Below are positions 55,977 through 64,000 of a DNA stretch of 64,000 bases, piece by piece. Below the pieces are notes generated by a model. That model did no database searches. It had not been told where the DNA came from and worked only from the letters and a program-made list of their open reading frames with translations. The translations under genes and the position numbers were made by a program. Every line of letters begins with the position of its first letter. Position 1 is the first letter of the stretch. Origin of the DNA: an uncultured delta proteobacterium (GTDB lineage: Bacteria > Myxococcota > Myxococcia > Myxococcales > Anaeromyxobacteraceae); the NCBI GenBank assembly GCA_963814585.1, contig CAWFDF010000010.1:128001-192000 (forward strand). The letters run 5' to 3'.

Positions 55977-56792
55977 TCACGGCTCGGCCGGCCGCCAGGC
56001 CCCCACCTCGACCAGCACGCGCCAGGTGTCGCCTTCGCGGACCTCGACCTGCAGGAAGCCGCCCGCCTCGCGGGCTCCGTCGAGGAGCAGCCCGGCCGAG
56101 GCGGAGAGCCGCTCGTCGGCGGAGAGCACCTGCTGCAGCGGCCGGCGCGCCGCCCGCGCCGACCCGGGCGGGAGCGGCGAGTCGGAGGCGTCGAACAGCA
56201 CCCGGAGCTTCCCGTCGGGCTGCCGCTGCCAGATGGTGACGTAGCGGCCGGTGGCGGGTGGGCCACCGCCTGCGGGCGTGAGGGTCCAGCCACCGCGGGT
56301 CATGACCAGGTCGCCCGCCCCGGTGGCGCGGGCCTCGTCGGGCGCCCAGGCCAGCGTCGGGCCGCCGGGAGCGAGCAGGGGGCCCCAGTCGATGCAGATC
56401 GCCGCCACCCCCATGGCCACGCCGTCGTGGCTCACGAAGACGGCATCGGCGGCGAGGAACGCGGCGAAGGCCCGCTCGTCGTGCGCCGCCGAGGCGGCGG
56501 AGAAGGCCAGGTCGGCGGCGCGGGCCTGGGCCTCGGCCTGCTCGGGAGCGACGGCCGGGACATCGCTCCCCAGGGTCGGGCGTGGCGCAGCCTGGCCGGA
56601 GGGCGCCCGCGATGGCGCGGGGGGGACGCCGGGCGAGGGTGGCCTGGCTGGGCTCGCCGGAGTGGCCGGCGCGGCTCCCGTGACCGGCCCGGCCGGCGGG
56701 GCGGCGCCCGGAGGCGGGGCGGCCGCCTTCCCGGTGGCGCAACCGGCGAGCAGGGCGGCGAGCAGCGGGGCGAAGCGCGGTCGAAGCGTCAC
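55977..56792 (-). CDS. DUF4440/NTF2-like lipoprotein
   Basis: LLAGC lipobox, PA linker, GRYVTIWQRQPDGKLRVLFD. Confidence 0.75.
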   Translation of the reverse strand: MTLRPRFAPLLAALLAGCATGKAAAPPPGAAPPAGPVTGAAPATPASPARPPSPGVPPAPSRAPSGQAAPRPTLGSDVPAVAPEQAEAQARAADLAFSAASAAHDERAFAAFLAADAVFVSHDGVAMGVAAICIDWGPLLAPGGPTLAWAPDEARATGAGDLVMTRGGWTLTPAGGGPPATGRYVTIWQRQPDGKLRVLFDASDSPLPPGSARAARRPLQQVLSADERLSASAGLLLDGAREAGGFLQVEVREGDTWRVLVEVGAWRPAEP

Positions 56793-56809
56793 GGCGGCAC
56801 CTCCCGGGT

Positions 56810-57835
56810 TCAGGCGAATGGGATGAGGTGGAGCGTCTCGCCGGGCCTGGCGCCGAGCAGCCGCGCCGCCTGCTCCGGCAGGGCGATCCGGCCAGCCGCC
56901 ACCCGCGCCGGCGTTCGCACCGCCCGGAACCGGTTCGGGCCGCGCGGCAGCGTCCTGGCCACCAGGCCCCCGGGGGCGTCGCCGCGCAGCGGGGCGGCCT
57001 CGAGCGTGGCGGCCAGGTAGGCCTTCACCGGCGCGATGGAGGCCAGCGGCGCCTCGTAGTGCGGACCTCCGTCGAACGGATCGATCCGGTGGACGTAGCC
57101 GAAGCCGATCCGCGCGAGCATGTCCTGCACCGGCTTCGCCTTCTTCCCCACCGCGCCCAGGGTGCGGCGCGCCGCCTGGGGCAGCAGGTTGGCGTAGACG
57201 TCGAAGGGCGGGAAGAGCTGCTGGATGAACTCCTTGTTCTCGCGCGAGAGCCTGTCGGCCGCCTGGTAGTCGAGGCCGGTGAAGTTGCGGCCGAAGGCCT
57301 CCCAGAAGGCGCTCTGGCCGCCGGCCGTGAGCGGCCCCATCAGCTCGGCCAGCACCGTCTCGCGGAAGCGGCGAGGGTGCATGGCCAGGTAGAGGAAGCG
57401 CACGAAGGAGAGCTGCTTGCCGGCCTTCTCGGCGCTGCGGCGCGCACCGGGCCGGACCACCAGGCCGCCGATCTCGGTCGGCCCGTCGAAGTGGTAGCCG
57501 AGCGAGAGCAGGGTGTGGCGGAAGTGACGGTCGAGCGTGGAGGAGTAGTGCTCCTTCTCGGTGACGGTGAAGAAGGTGCAGGGCGACTCGTGGGTGCCAT
57601 GCTTGGCGATCACCATCGAGGTGCCGACCAGCCGGCCGGTCCGCGGCGCCTCGGCCACGAAGACGTAGGCGCGGTCCAGCGGGTCCTCGATCCGGCCCGT
57701 GAAGCTGGCGATGGAGCGGCCGACGATCTGGCCGAGCGCGCGCGGGTCGTCGGGCAGGTTGACCGAGTCGAGCTCGGCCGCCAGCGAGGCCAGGCTGGGC
57801 AGGTCGCTCCGCTGGGCGTCTCGCAGGAGGAGCAT
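56810..57835 (-). CDS. astA: Arginine N-succinyltransferase
   Basis: [42 protein letters not shown]. Confidence 0.85.
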   Translation of the reverse strand: MLLLRDAQRSDLPSLASLAAELDSVNLPDDPRALGQIVGRSIASFTGRIEDPLDRAYVFVAEAPRTGRLVGTSMVIAKHGTHESPCTFFTVTEKEHYSSTLDRHFRHTLLSLGYHFDGPTEIGGLVVRPGARRSAEKAGKQLSFVRFLYLAMHPRRFRETVLAELMGPLTAGGQSAFWEAFGRNFTGLDYQAADRLSRENKEFIQQLFPPFDVYANLLPQAARRTLGAVGKKAKPVQDMLARIGFGYVHRIDPFDGGPHYEAPLASIAPVKAYLAATLEAAPLRGDAPGGLVARTLPRGPNRFRAVRTPARVAAGRIALPEQAARLLGARPGETLHLIPFA

Positions 57836-57861
57836 GGAAGGGAGGAGTATCATGCCCCACC

Positions 57862-58311
57862 ATGCGAGCGGTGGTGCAGCGGGTCAGCCGGGGCGAGGTG
57901 CGGGTCGATGGGCGGCCGGTCGGTGCCGTGGGGAAGGGGCTGGTGGTGCTGCTGGGGGTGGCCCGCGACGATGCCGAGGCCGACGCCCGCGCCATGGCCG
58001 ACAAGCTGGCCGAGCTGCGGATCTTCGAGGACCAGGCCGGCAAGATGAACCTGGCCCTGGCCGAGGTCGGCGGCGGGCTGCTGGTGATCTCGCAGTTCAC
58101 GCTCCTGGGCGACGCTCGCAAGGGGAACCGGCCCGGCTTCACCGACGCCGCGCCACCGGAGGTGGCCGACGCCCTCTACCAGCGGACCTGCGCGCTGCTG
58201 CGCGAGAAGGGACTGCCGGTGGCCACCGGCGTCTTCCGCGCCGACATGGCGGTCGAGCTGGTGAACGAGGGGCCGGTCACCATCCTGCTCGACACCCGCC
58301 GGCTCTTCTAG
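57862..58311 (+). CDS. dtd: D-aminoacyl-tRNA deacylase
   Basis: [24 protein letters not shown]. Confidence 0.95.
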   Translation: MRAVVQRVSRGEVRVDGRPVGAVGKGLVVLLGVARDDAEADARAMADKLAELRIFEDQAGKMNLALAEVGGGLLVISQFTLLGDARKGNRPGFTDAAPPEVADALYQRTCALLREKGLPVATGVFRADMAVELVNEGPVTILLDTRRLF

Positions 58312-58490
58312 TGCCGCGCCCCAGGCAAGATGACGTGACGAGAGAGCCGAGACCGAAGCGAGGCTGGCGCCCGAGGAGGGAGCAGCGGAAGCGTAGCAGC
58401 GCTACGCTGAGCAGCGGACCGACGAGGCCGCCTGCCGCAGCGAGAGGATCGGCTCTCGCAGTAGGCATCTTGCCTGGGGCGCGGCACTAG
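58308..58490. mobile_element. 183-bp palindromic MITE/REP-like element with 25-bp perfect terminal inverted repeats (including flanking CTAG)
   Basis: CTAGTGCCGCGCCCCAGGCAAGATG (58308-58332) and its exact reverse complement (58466-58490); internal IRs; no transposase. Confidence 0.8.
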
Positions 58491-60694
58491 GGGTTCGCCG
58501 GTGCCGGCGGCTCACCGCCCAGCTGCTGCCAGAGGAAGGTGTAGCCGAGCGCGGTCATGTGGGCCACCTGCCTGTTGTCGGCCGCGCCGCCGTGGCCGCC
58601 CTCGACGTTCTCGTAGTACTGGGCCGGCTGTCTCGACTCCATGAGGCGGGCCATCATCTTGCGGGCGTGACCGGGGTGGACCCGGTCGTCGCGCGTCGAG
58701 GTGGTGAAGAGGGTGGGCGGGTAGCTCACCCCGGGCTTGAGCTGGTGGTAGGGCGAGAAGCCCTCGATGAAGGCCCACTCGGCCGGATCATCGGGGTTGC
58801 CGTACTCGCCCATCCAGCTGGCCCCGGCCAGCAGCAGGTGGTAACGGCGCATGTCGAGCAGCGGCACCTGGCAGACGATGGCGCCGAAGAGGTCGGGGCG
58901 GCGCACCAGCATGTTGCCCACCAGCAACCCGCCGTTGCTGCCGCCCTGCGTGCCGAGCCTGCTCGGGCTGGTCACCCCGCGGCGGACGAGGTCCTCCGCC
59001 ACCGCGATGAAGTCCTCGTAGGCGCGCGGCCGCCGCTCCTTCAGGGCCGCCTGGTGCCAGGGCGGCCCGAACTCCCCGCCGCCGCGGATGTTGGCCACGG
59101 CGTAGACGCCGCCCCGCTCCAGCCAGGCGGCGCCGACCATGGCGCCGTAGGAGGGCACCACGCTCACCTCGAAGCCACCGTAGCCGGAGAGCAGGGTCGG
59201 GTTCTGGCCGTCGAGCCTCAGGCCGGTGCGCGAGACCTGGAAGTAGGGGACGCGGGTGCCGTCGGCCGAGACCACCTCGTGCTGGGCGACCTCCAGCCCG
59301 GCGGCGTCGAAGAGGTCCGGCAGCTGCTTCAGCTTGACCGGCGCGGGCCCGCCGGCGGTGCCGATCAGCAGCGAGGTGGGCGTGGTGTACCCGGTGACGG
59401 TCATGAAGTAGTCGTCCGACTCGTCGGCGTCGATGGGCTCGACGCCCACCGTGACCAGCTCGGGCGCGCCCCGGAGTGGCTGCCGCTCCCAGCCACCGGG
59501 CCCGGGGGTGAGGAGGTCGAGGCGGCTCCGGACGTTGTCGAGCACGTTCACCAGCACGTGGTGGCGGGTCGGGGTGAAGGAGACGAGCGCGGCGCGCTCT
59601 CCGGGGGCGAAGAGCAGGTCGAAGTCCCGGTCGCCGGCCAGGAACCTCTCCAGGTGGATGGCGAGCAGCGCGCCGGAGGGCCAGGTGCGGGGACCCGTCG
59701 TCCAGTCGTCGCGAAGCTGGAGGAAGAGCCACTCGCGGAAGACGCTGGCCTCGGCGCTGTCGGGCTTCGCCACCTGGATGGCCCGGCCGCCGCGCAGGAG
59801 GTAGAGCCGGCTGGTGTAGAAGGTGATGGTCCGCTCCACGAGCTCGCGCTCGAAGCCCCGGGTCAGGTCGCGCCAGCCCGTGACCGCCACGTCGTCGGCC
59901 GTCCCCTCGTGGACCAGCACCGCCTCCTCCAGCGGCGTGCCGCGCTTCCAGCGCTTCACCAGTCGGGGATAGCCGGAAGCGGTGAGCGAGCCGGCGCCGA
60001 AGTCGGTGCCCACGAAGACGGTGTCGTCGTCGATCCAGGCCACCCGGCTCTTGGCCTCCGGCAGCGTGAAGCCGCCCGGGACGAACGCCTTCTCCTCCAG
60101 GTCGAACTCGCGCGTCACCGTGGCATCGGCGCCCCCGCGCGACAGCCTGACCAGGCAGCGCCGGTAGAGCGGCTTCAGGCAGGTGGCGCCGTGCCAGACC
60201 CAGTTCTCCCTCTCGGCCGCGCCGAGCGCGTCGACGTCGATGACCGCCTCCCAGGCCGGCTCGGCCGTGCGGTACGACTCGAGCGTGGTGCGGCGCCAGA
60301 GGCCGCGCGGGTTCCGGGCGTCCCTCCAGAGGTTGTAGTACCAGCGCCCCAGCTTCTCGACGTGGGGGATGCGGTCCCTGGAGTCGAGGATGGCGAGCAG
60401 CCGCCGCTCCAGCGCGGCGAAGCCGGGCGAGGCGTCGAGCACGGCGGCGCTCTCGGCGTTGCGGGCCCGGGCCCAGGCCAGCGCCTTCTCGCCCTGCACG
60501 TCCTCCAGCCAGAGGTAGGGGTCATCCGGCGTCGGTGCGATCACGGCAGGCGGGGAGGTCATGACGGTGGTCGAGGCCGGGGCGGGGGGCGGCGGCGCGG
60601 CGCCGGTGGGCGGGGCGGCCGCCAGGAGGAGGAGGACGGCCGCCTGGACGATGCGGGCATGGACGTTCCAGGGGCTGCGGGGCCCGGGCATCAT
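58487..60694 (-). CDS. Prolyl oligopeptidase (S9A), secreted; start uncertain
   Basis: DPYLWLED, GYGGF, NIRGGGEFG, GGSNGG, DDRVHP, GGHG. Confidence 0.92.
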   Translation of the reverse strand: MMPGPRSPWNVHARIVQAAVLLLLAAAPPTGAAPPPPAPASTTVMTSPPAVIAPTPDDPYLWLEDVQGEKALAWARARNAESAAVLDASPGFAALERRLLAILDSRDRIPHVEKLGRWYYNLWRDARNPRGLWRRTTLESYRTAEPAWEAVIDVDALGAAERENWVWHGATCLKPLYRRCLVRLSRGGADATVTREFDLEEKAFVPGGFTLPEAKSRVAWIDDDTVFVGTDFGAGSLTASGYPRLVKRWKRGTPLEEAVLVHEGTADDVAVTGWRDLTRGFERELVERTITFYTSRLYLLRGGRAIQVAKPDSAEASVFREWLFLQLRDDWTTGPRTWPSGALLAIHLERFLAGDRDFDLLFAPGERAALVSFTPTRHHVLVNVLDNVRSRLDLLTPGPGGWERQPLRGAPELVTVGVEPIDADESDDYFMTVTGYTTPTSLLIGTAGGPAPVKLKQLPDLFDAAGLEVAQHEVVSADGTRVPYFQVSRTGLRLDGQNPTLLSGYGGFEVSVVPSYGAMVGAAWLERGGVYAVANIRGGGEFGPPWHQAALKERRPRAYEDFIAVAEDLVRRGVTSPSRLGTQGGSNGGLLVGNMLVRRPDLFGAIVCQVPLLDMRRYHLLLAGASWMGEYGNPDDPAEWAFIEGFSPYHQLKPGVSYPPTLFTTSTRDDRVHPGHARKMMARLMESRQPAQYYENVEGGHGGAADNRQVAHMTALGYTFLWQQLGGEPPAPANP

Positions 60695-60764
60695 AGCGGA
60701 GGGACCGGGCCTGGCCACCGGGAGCGTGCCTTGACATTCCGGCCTTCGGACGCAGGCTGGAGGC

Positions 60765-61100
60765 TTGAGCTTCCAGCGCGACTACGTCCTCCGGGCCATC
60801 GAGGCCTTCGCGAAGGCGCTGGCGGCCATCGTGGCCCTGCGCCTGGACGGCCAGACCGAGACGGCGCGGCACGAGATCGACCGCGTCGCGCGTGGGCTCA
60901 TCGGCGCCGACCTCGCGCTGATCGACGCCGTCGGCCTCGAGGCCGTGGCGGCCCAGGTGGACGGGCGGGAGAACCTGGCTCGGCTGGCCACGTTGCTCGC
61001 CGAGCGGTCCGAGGTGGAGCGGGCCGGCGGTGACCTGGCCGCGGCCACCAGGTGGGCCGAGCGGGCGGAGACGCTGCGGGCCCGCGCCCTCGGGGCGTGA
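60765..61100 (+). CDS. Helical hypothetical protein (DUF6483-like)
   Basis: RBS GGAGG, TTG start, FQRDYVLRAIE; TTGACA at 60731. Confidence 0.6.
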   Translation: MSFQRDYVLRAIEAFAKALAAIVALRLDGQTETARHEIDRVARGLIGADLALIDAVGLEAVAAQVDGRENLARLATLLAERSEVERAGGDLAAATRWAERAETLRARALGA

Positions 61101-61196
61101 TGGCGCCGCTCGCATGGCTGGAGCCTTGCTGCGTCGCGAGGTGGAAGCCCGCAGGGTGCGCCTCGCGCCCACCTCGGCGCACCTCGCCCGGCGGCG

Positions 61197-61212
61197 TGTG
61201 ACGCCCATCACT
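61197..61212. promoter_or_regulatory. CRP/FNR-family-like binding site
   Basis: TGTGA-N6-TCACT, 9 of 10 matches to TGTGA-N6-TCACA, upstream of CATGCT (61235-61240). Confidence 0.45.
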
Positions 61213-61267
61213 GCCCTCGCCGAGGTGGCGGTGGCATGCTCCGCGAGTCCTTCCAGAAGGAGCGCCC

Positions 61268-62263
61268 ATGAAGAAGCTCGCCGCCCTCGCCGCCACCATG
61301 CTGGTCACCGCCTGTGGCCAGGATCTGAAGCCGGAGGAGATCCGCCACGCCATGCCGGCGGCGAGCGTCCTCACCATCACGGCGCCCAACCCGAACGGCG
61401 CCACCGGGAAGTTCGCAGCCGAGGGCGATCCGCTGCTGGCGGTGGCTCCCGCGCCGGGCGGCCCCTCGCCGCTGGCGGTCTCGTCCTGGCTCTTCGCCAC
61501 CGCCGTGAACGGCGGCGTCTTCTGGACCCTGGCCCCCATCGCCTGGTTCACGCAGGTGGTCCCGCCGACGAGGTGCGACCCGGACGCCTGCACCTGGGGA
61601 CCCGGCAGCGGCGCCGCCGACCTCAACGTCTGGACGCTGGTGGTGGCCAGGAACGGCGACGCCTTCGACTACTCGCTCTCTGGCGCGCCGAAGTCGACCG
61701 GCGGCACGCGCCCCGTGACCGTCATCGCCGGCCGCGCCTGGGCGGGCACGCTCCCCAATCGCGGCCACGGCGGGTTCGAGGTGGACTTCGACTCGGCCTG
61801 GGCCGGGCTCGATCACGCCGCCGGCGAGGTCCAGCAGGACTTCGGCAGCCTCACCGTCACCTATGACGCCCGTACCGACCTGGTGCTGCTGGCCACCTTC
61901 CTGAACGCCCGCAACGGCGACGATCCGGGGGTCGATCCGGCCAGCCCGAACCGGCTCAACGCCGCCTACGCCTTCCAGGCCAGCGCGGCCGGCGGCGACC
62001 TGCAGGTCGGCTGGCGGACGCTGCCGGTCGGGGCCACCGAGCAGACGGCCGCCCTCCACACCCGCTGGCTGGGCGCCGGGAGCAGCGCCGGTGGCGGCCG
62101 CGCCGACGCCGCGGTGACCACGCCGGGCGCCAGCCTGGCCTTCTCGGAGTGCTGGGACGGCCCCCCCGGCTACGCGATGACCTTCGACGGGCTCCACGGC
62201 ACCGGCCTGGAGAGCGCCTGCGTCTTCCCCACCGCGGCGCCGCCGACCATCACCATTCCGTAG
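61268..62263 (+). CDS. Hypothetical Cys-containing lipoprotein (myxobacterial type)
   Basis: RBS AAGGAG, VTAC lipobox, WGP, SECWD...CVF. Confidence 0.75.
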   Translation: MKKLAALAATMLVTACGQDLKPEEIRHAMPAASVLTITAPNPNGATGKFAAEGDPLLAVAPAPGGPSPLAVSSWLFATAVNGGVFWTLAPIAWFTQVVPPTRCDPDACTWGPGSGAADLNVWTLVVARNGDAFDYSLSGAPKSTGGTRPVTVIAGRAWAGTLPNRGHGGFEVDFDSAWAGLDHAAGEVQQDFGSLTVTYDARTDLVLLATFLNARNGDDPGVDPASPNRLNAAYAFQASAAGGDLQVGWRTLPVGATEQTAALHTRWLGAGSSAGGGRADAAVTTPGASLAFSECWDGPPGYAMTFDGLHGTGLESACVFPTAAPPTITIP

Positions 62264-62281
62264 TCGGGCCTGCCCGTCGGC

Positions 62282-63034
62282 TCACTCCCGCGCCACCCAG
62301 GTGGTCCGGGCCCGGGCCAGCTCCTTGCCGTCCTCCTCGCGCACCACGGCGTGGAGCCGGGCGCCGTCGCCGCCGGGCACGGAGCGGGAGCGGACCTCCT
62401 GCCCCAGGAAGGCCTCGGCCAGGAACTGCACGTCGAGCGAGGCCAGCCGGCGCTCGCGCCAGTCGGCCTCCTCCACCGCCTCGACGGCCCAGCCGACGTA
62501 GCTCGACGCGGTGACGTGCCGGTTGACGTCGATGTCGGCGTAGCGGACCTGGAAGCGCCGCTCCAGCGTCGGGGTCGCGGGCGTCGGCCCCGCGAGCGCG
62601 GGGAGCGGCGCCGCCTCGACCGGCAGGACGTGCTCGGTCTGGGCGCGGCGCTCGGGCGGCAGCAGCCGGTCCGGGCGGCTGGGCCGGCGGGTGGCCAGGT
62701 CCATCACGTACCAGGTGGTGAGCGCCCGCCCCACCACCGCCCCGTCCCGGAGCACGCGGAAGTCGCGCAGGGCCGCCAGGCGGTCGATCCCCGACGGCCA
62801 GGTCTCGACCGTGAGCGTTTCGCCCAGGCGCAGGGGCGCGTCGAGCACCACCCGCTGCCGCGCCAGCACCCAGGTCAGGCCCAGCGCGTTGAGCCTGGAG
62901 AGTCCGAAGTCGAGCGACTCGGCGGAGCGGCCGGCGGCGTCCTGCAGGTAGCCGGACAGCGCCGCCGGCGCGAGGAGGCCGAAGGCGTCGGCGTCGAAGC
63001 GGTGGACCGTGAAGGTGGCGCGGGTGACCTCCAC
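62282..63034 (-). CDS. Acyl-ACP thioesterase (double hot-dog)
   Basis: YLQDAA, TWVLAR, VETWP, ALRDF, DIDVNRHV. Confidence 0.88.
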   Translation of the reverse strand: MEVTRATFTVHRFDADAFGLLAPAALSGYLQDAAGRSAESLDFGLSRLNALGLTWVLARQRVVLDAPLRLGETLTVETWPSGIDRLAALRDFRVLRDGAVVGRALTTWYVMDLATRRPSRPDRLLPPERRAQTEHVLPVEAAPLPALAGPTPATPTLERRFQVRYADIDVNRHVTASSYVGWAVEAVEEADWRERRLASLDVQFLAEAFLGQEVRSRSVPGGDGARLHAVVREEDGKELARARTTWVARE

Positions 63035-63050
63035 GGGCGCCCCTGGGCCG

Positions 63051-64000
63051 CTAGCCCCGCTTCGCGAACTCGCCCATGAAGCCGGCCAGCTCGTCGATCC
63101 AGGCGGGCTCCACCGCGTTGTAGGCGGAGACGCGGATGCCGCCGACCGAGCGGTGGCCCTTCAGGCCCACCATCCCCCTGGCCTTGGCCTCCTTGACGAA
63201 CCGCTCCTCGTCCGCCTCGCTGGGCAGCCGGAAGACCACGTTCATCACCGAGCGGCTCTGCTTCTCCACCGGGCAGCGGTAGAAGCCGGGGTTGGCGTCG
63301 ATGGCGCCGTAGAGCACGCCGGCCTTGGTGCGGTTGCGCGCCTCCATGGCGGCGAGGCCGCCCAGCCCCTTCAGCCAGGCCAGCACGTTGCGGATCATGT
63401 AGATGCCGAAGGTGGGCGGCGTGTTGTAGAGGGACTTGTTCTCGGCCGGGGTGCGGAACTGGAAGATCTTGGGGATGTCCTTGCGCCCCTGCTCGATGAG
63501 CGCCTTGGCCACCACCATCACCACCACGCCCGACGGGCCGATGTTCTTCTGGGCTCCGGCGTAGACCAGGCCGAACCTCGAGACGTCGAACTTCTTCCAG
63601 AGGAAGTCGCTCGACATGTCGGCGACCAGCGGCACGCCGCCCGTCGCCGGGAAGGCGCGCGCCGCGTCGACGTCGAACTCCACGCCGTGGATGGTCTCGT
63701 TGGACGTGAGGTGCAGGTAGGCGGCGCCGTCGGCGGCCTTCACCTCGGTGGGGGCGGGCGCGCGGACGTAGCTCTTCTCCTTGCCGTCGCCGGTGCCGGT
63801 GGTGCAGGCCACCCGGGCGGCGCCGCCCAGCATGGCGGTGGCCAGCTTGGCCTCGGAGACCGCCTTCTCGCTCCAGGCCCCGGTCACCACGTAGTCGGCG
63901 CTCCCGCCCTTCGGCACCAGGTTCATGGGGATCTGCGCGAACAGCTGCGAGGCGCCGCCCTGCACGAAGAGCACCTCGTGGGTGTCGGGGACGGCCAGCA
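63051..64000 (-). CDS. serC: Phosphoserine aminotransferase, 5'-truncated by window edge
   Basis: [46 protein letters not shown]. Confidence 0.95.
   Translation of the reverse strand, partial: LAVPDTHEVLFVQGGASQLFAQIPMNLVPKGGSADYVVTGAWSEKAVSEAKLATAMLGGAARVACTTGTGDGKEKSYVRAPAPTEVKAADGAAYLHLTSNETIHGVEFDVDAARAFPATGGVPLVADMSSDFLWKKFDVSRFGLVYAGAQKNIGPSGVVVMVVAKALIEQGRKDIPKIFQFRTPAENKSLYNTPPTFGIYMIRNVLAWLKGLGGLAAMEARNRTKAGVLYGAIDANPGFYRCPVEKQSRSVMNVVFRLPSEADEERFVKEAKARGMVGLKGHRSVGGIRVSAYNAVEPAWIDELAGFMGEFAKRG

Overview
Very GC-rich bacterial chromosomal DNA. Gene content and order (hprK-rapZ-PTS, metK-sahR-ahcY, DUF1800/DUF1501, PEGA and lipoprotein genes) suggest an Anaeromyxobacter-like member of the Myxococcota; this is inferred, not searched. 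From left to right: the end of dinB; a divergent arsenic-resistance/thiol-redox island (small thioredoxin, arsP, ccdA, thioredoxin <- -> arsR, acr3 with an in-frame TAG, arsC, an ArsD-AhpD/CMD fusion, frameshifted arsA); an SDR, response regulator and DHH enzyme; a complete mannose-type PTS cluster; the SAM-cycle genes; uppP, nudix, manC, manB and a ROK kinase; a small transcription unit for an un-called 21-aa Lys-rich peptide whose terminator ends 9 nt before rqcH; a SprT-like protease with a clamp-binding-like motif; tamA/tamB; argC/argB; a trans-sulfuration enzyme; a beta-barrel divergent from a CX8CH cytochrome-like lipoprotein plus DUF1800/DUF1501; assorted hydrolases; a 183-bp palindromic MITE sitting on the shared stop codon of dtd and a prolyl oligopeptidase; and partial serC. 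Many genes carry single-base indels, most likely long-read assembly errors. I saw no rRNA, tRNA, CRISPR array or transposase. Best leads: the micropeptide/terminator/rqcH/SprT unit, the ArsD-AhpD fusion, and the stop-codon-targeting MITE.
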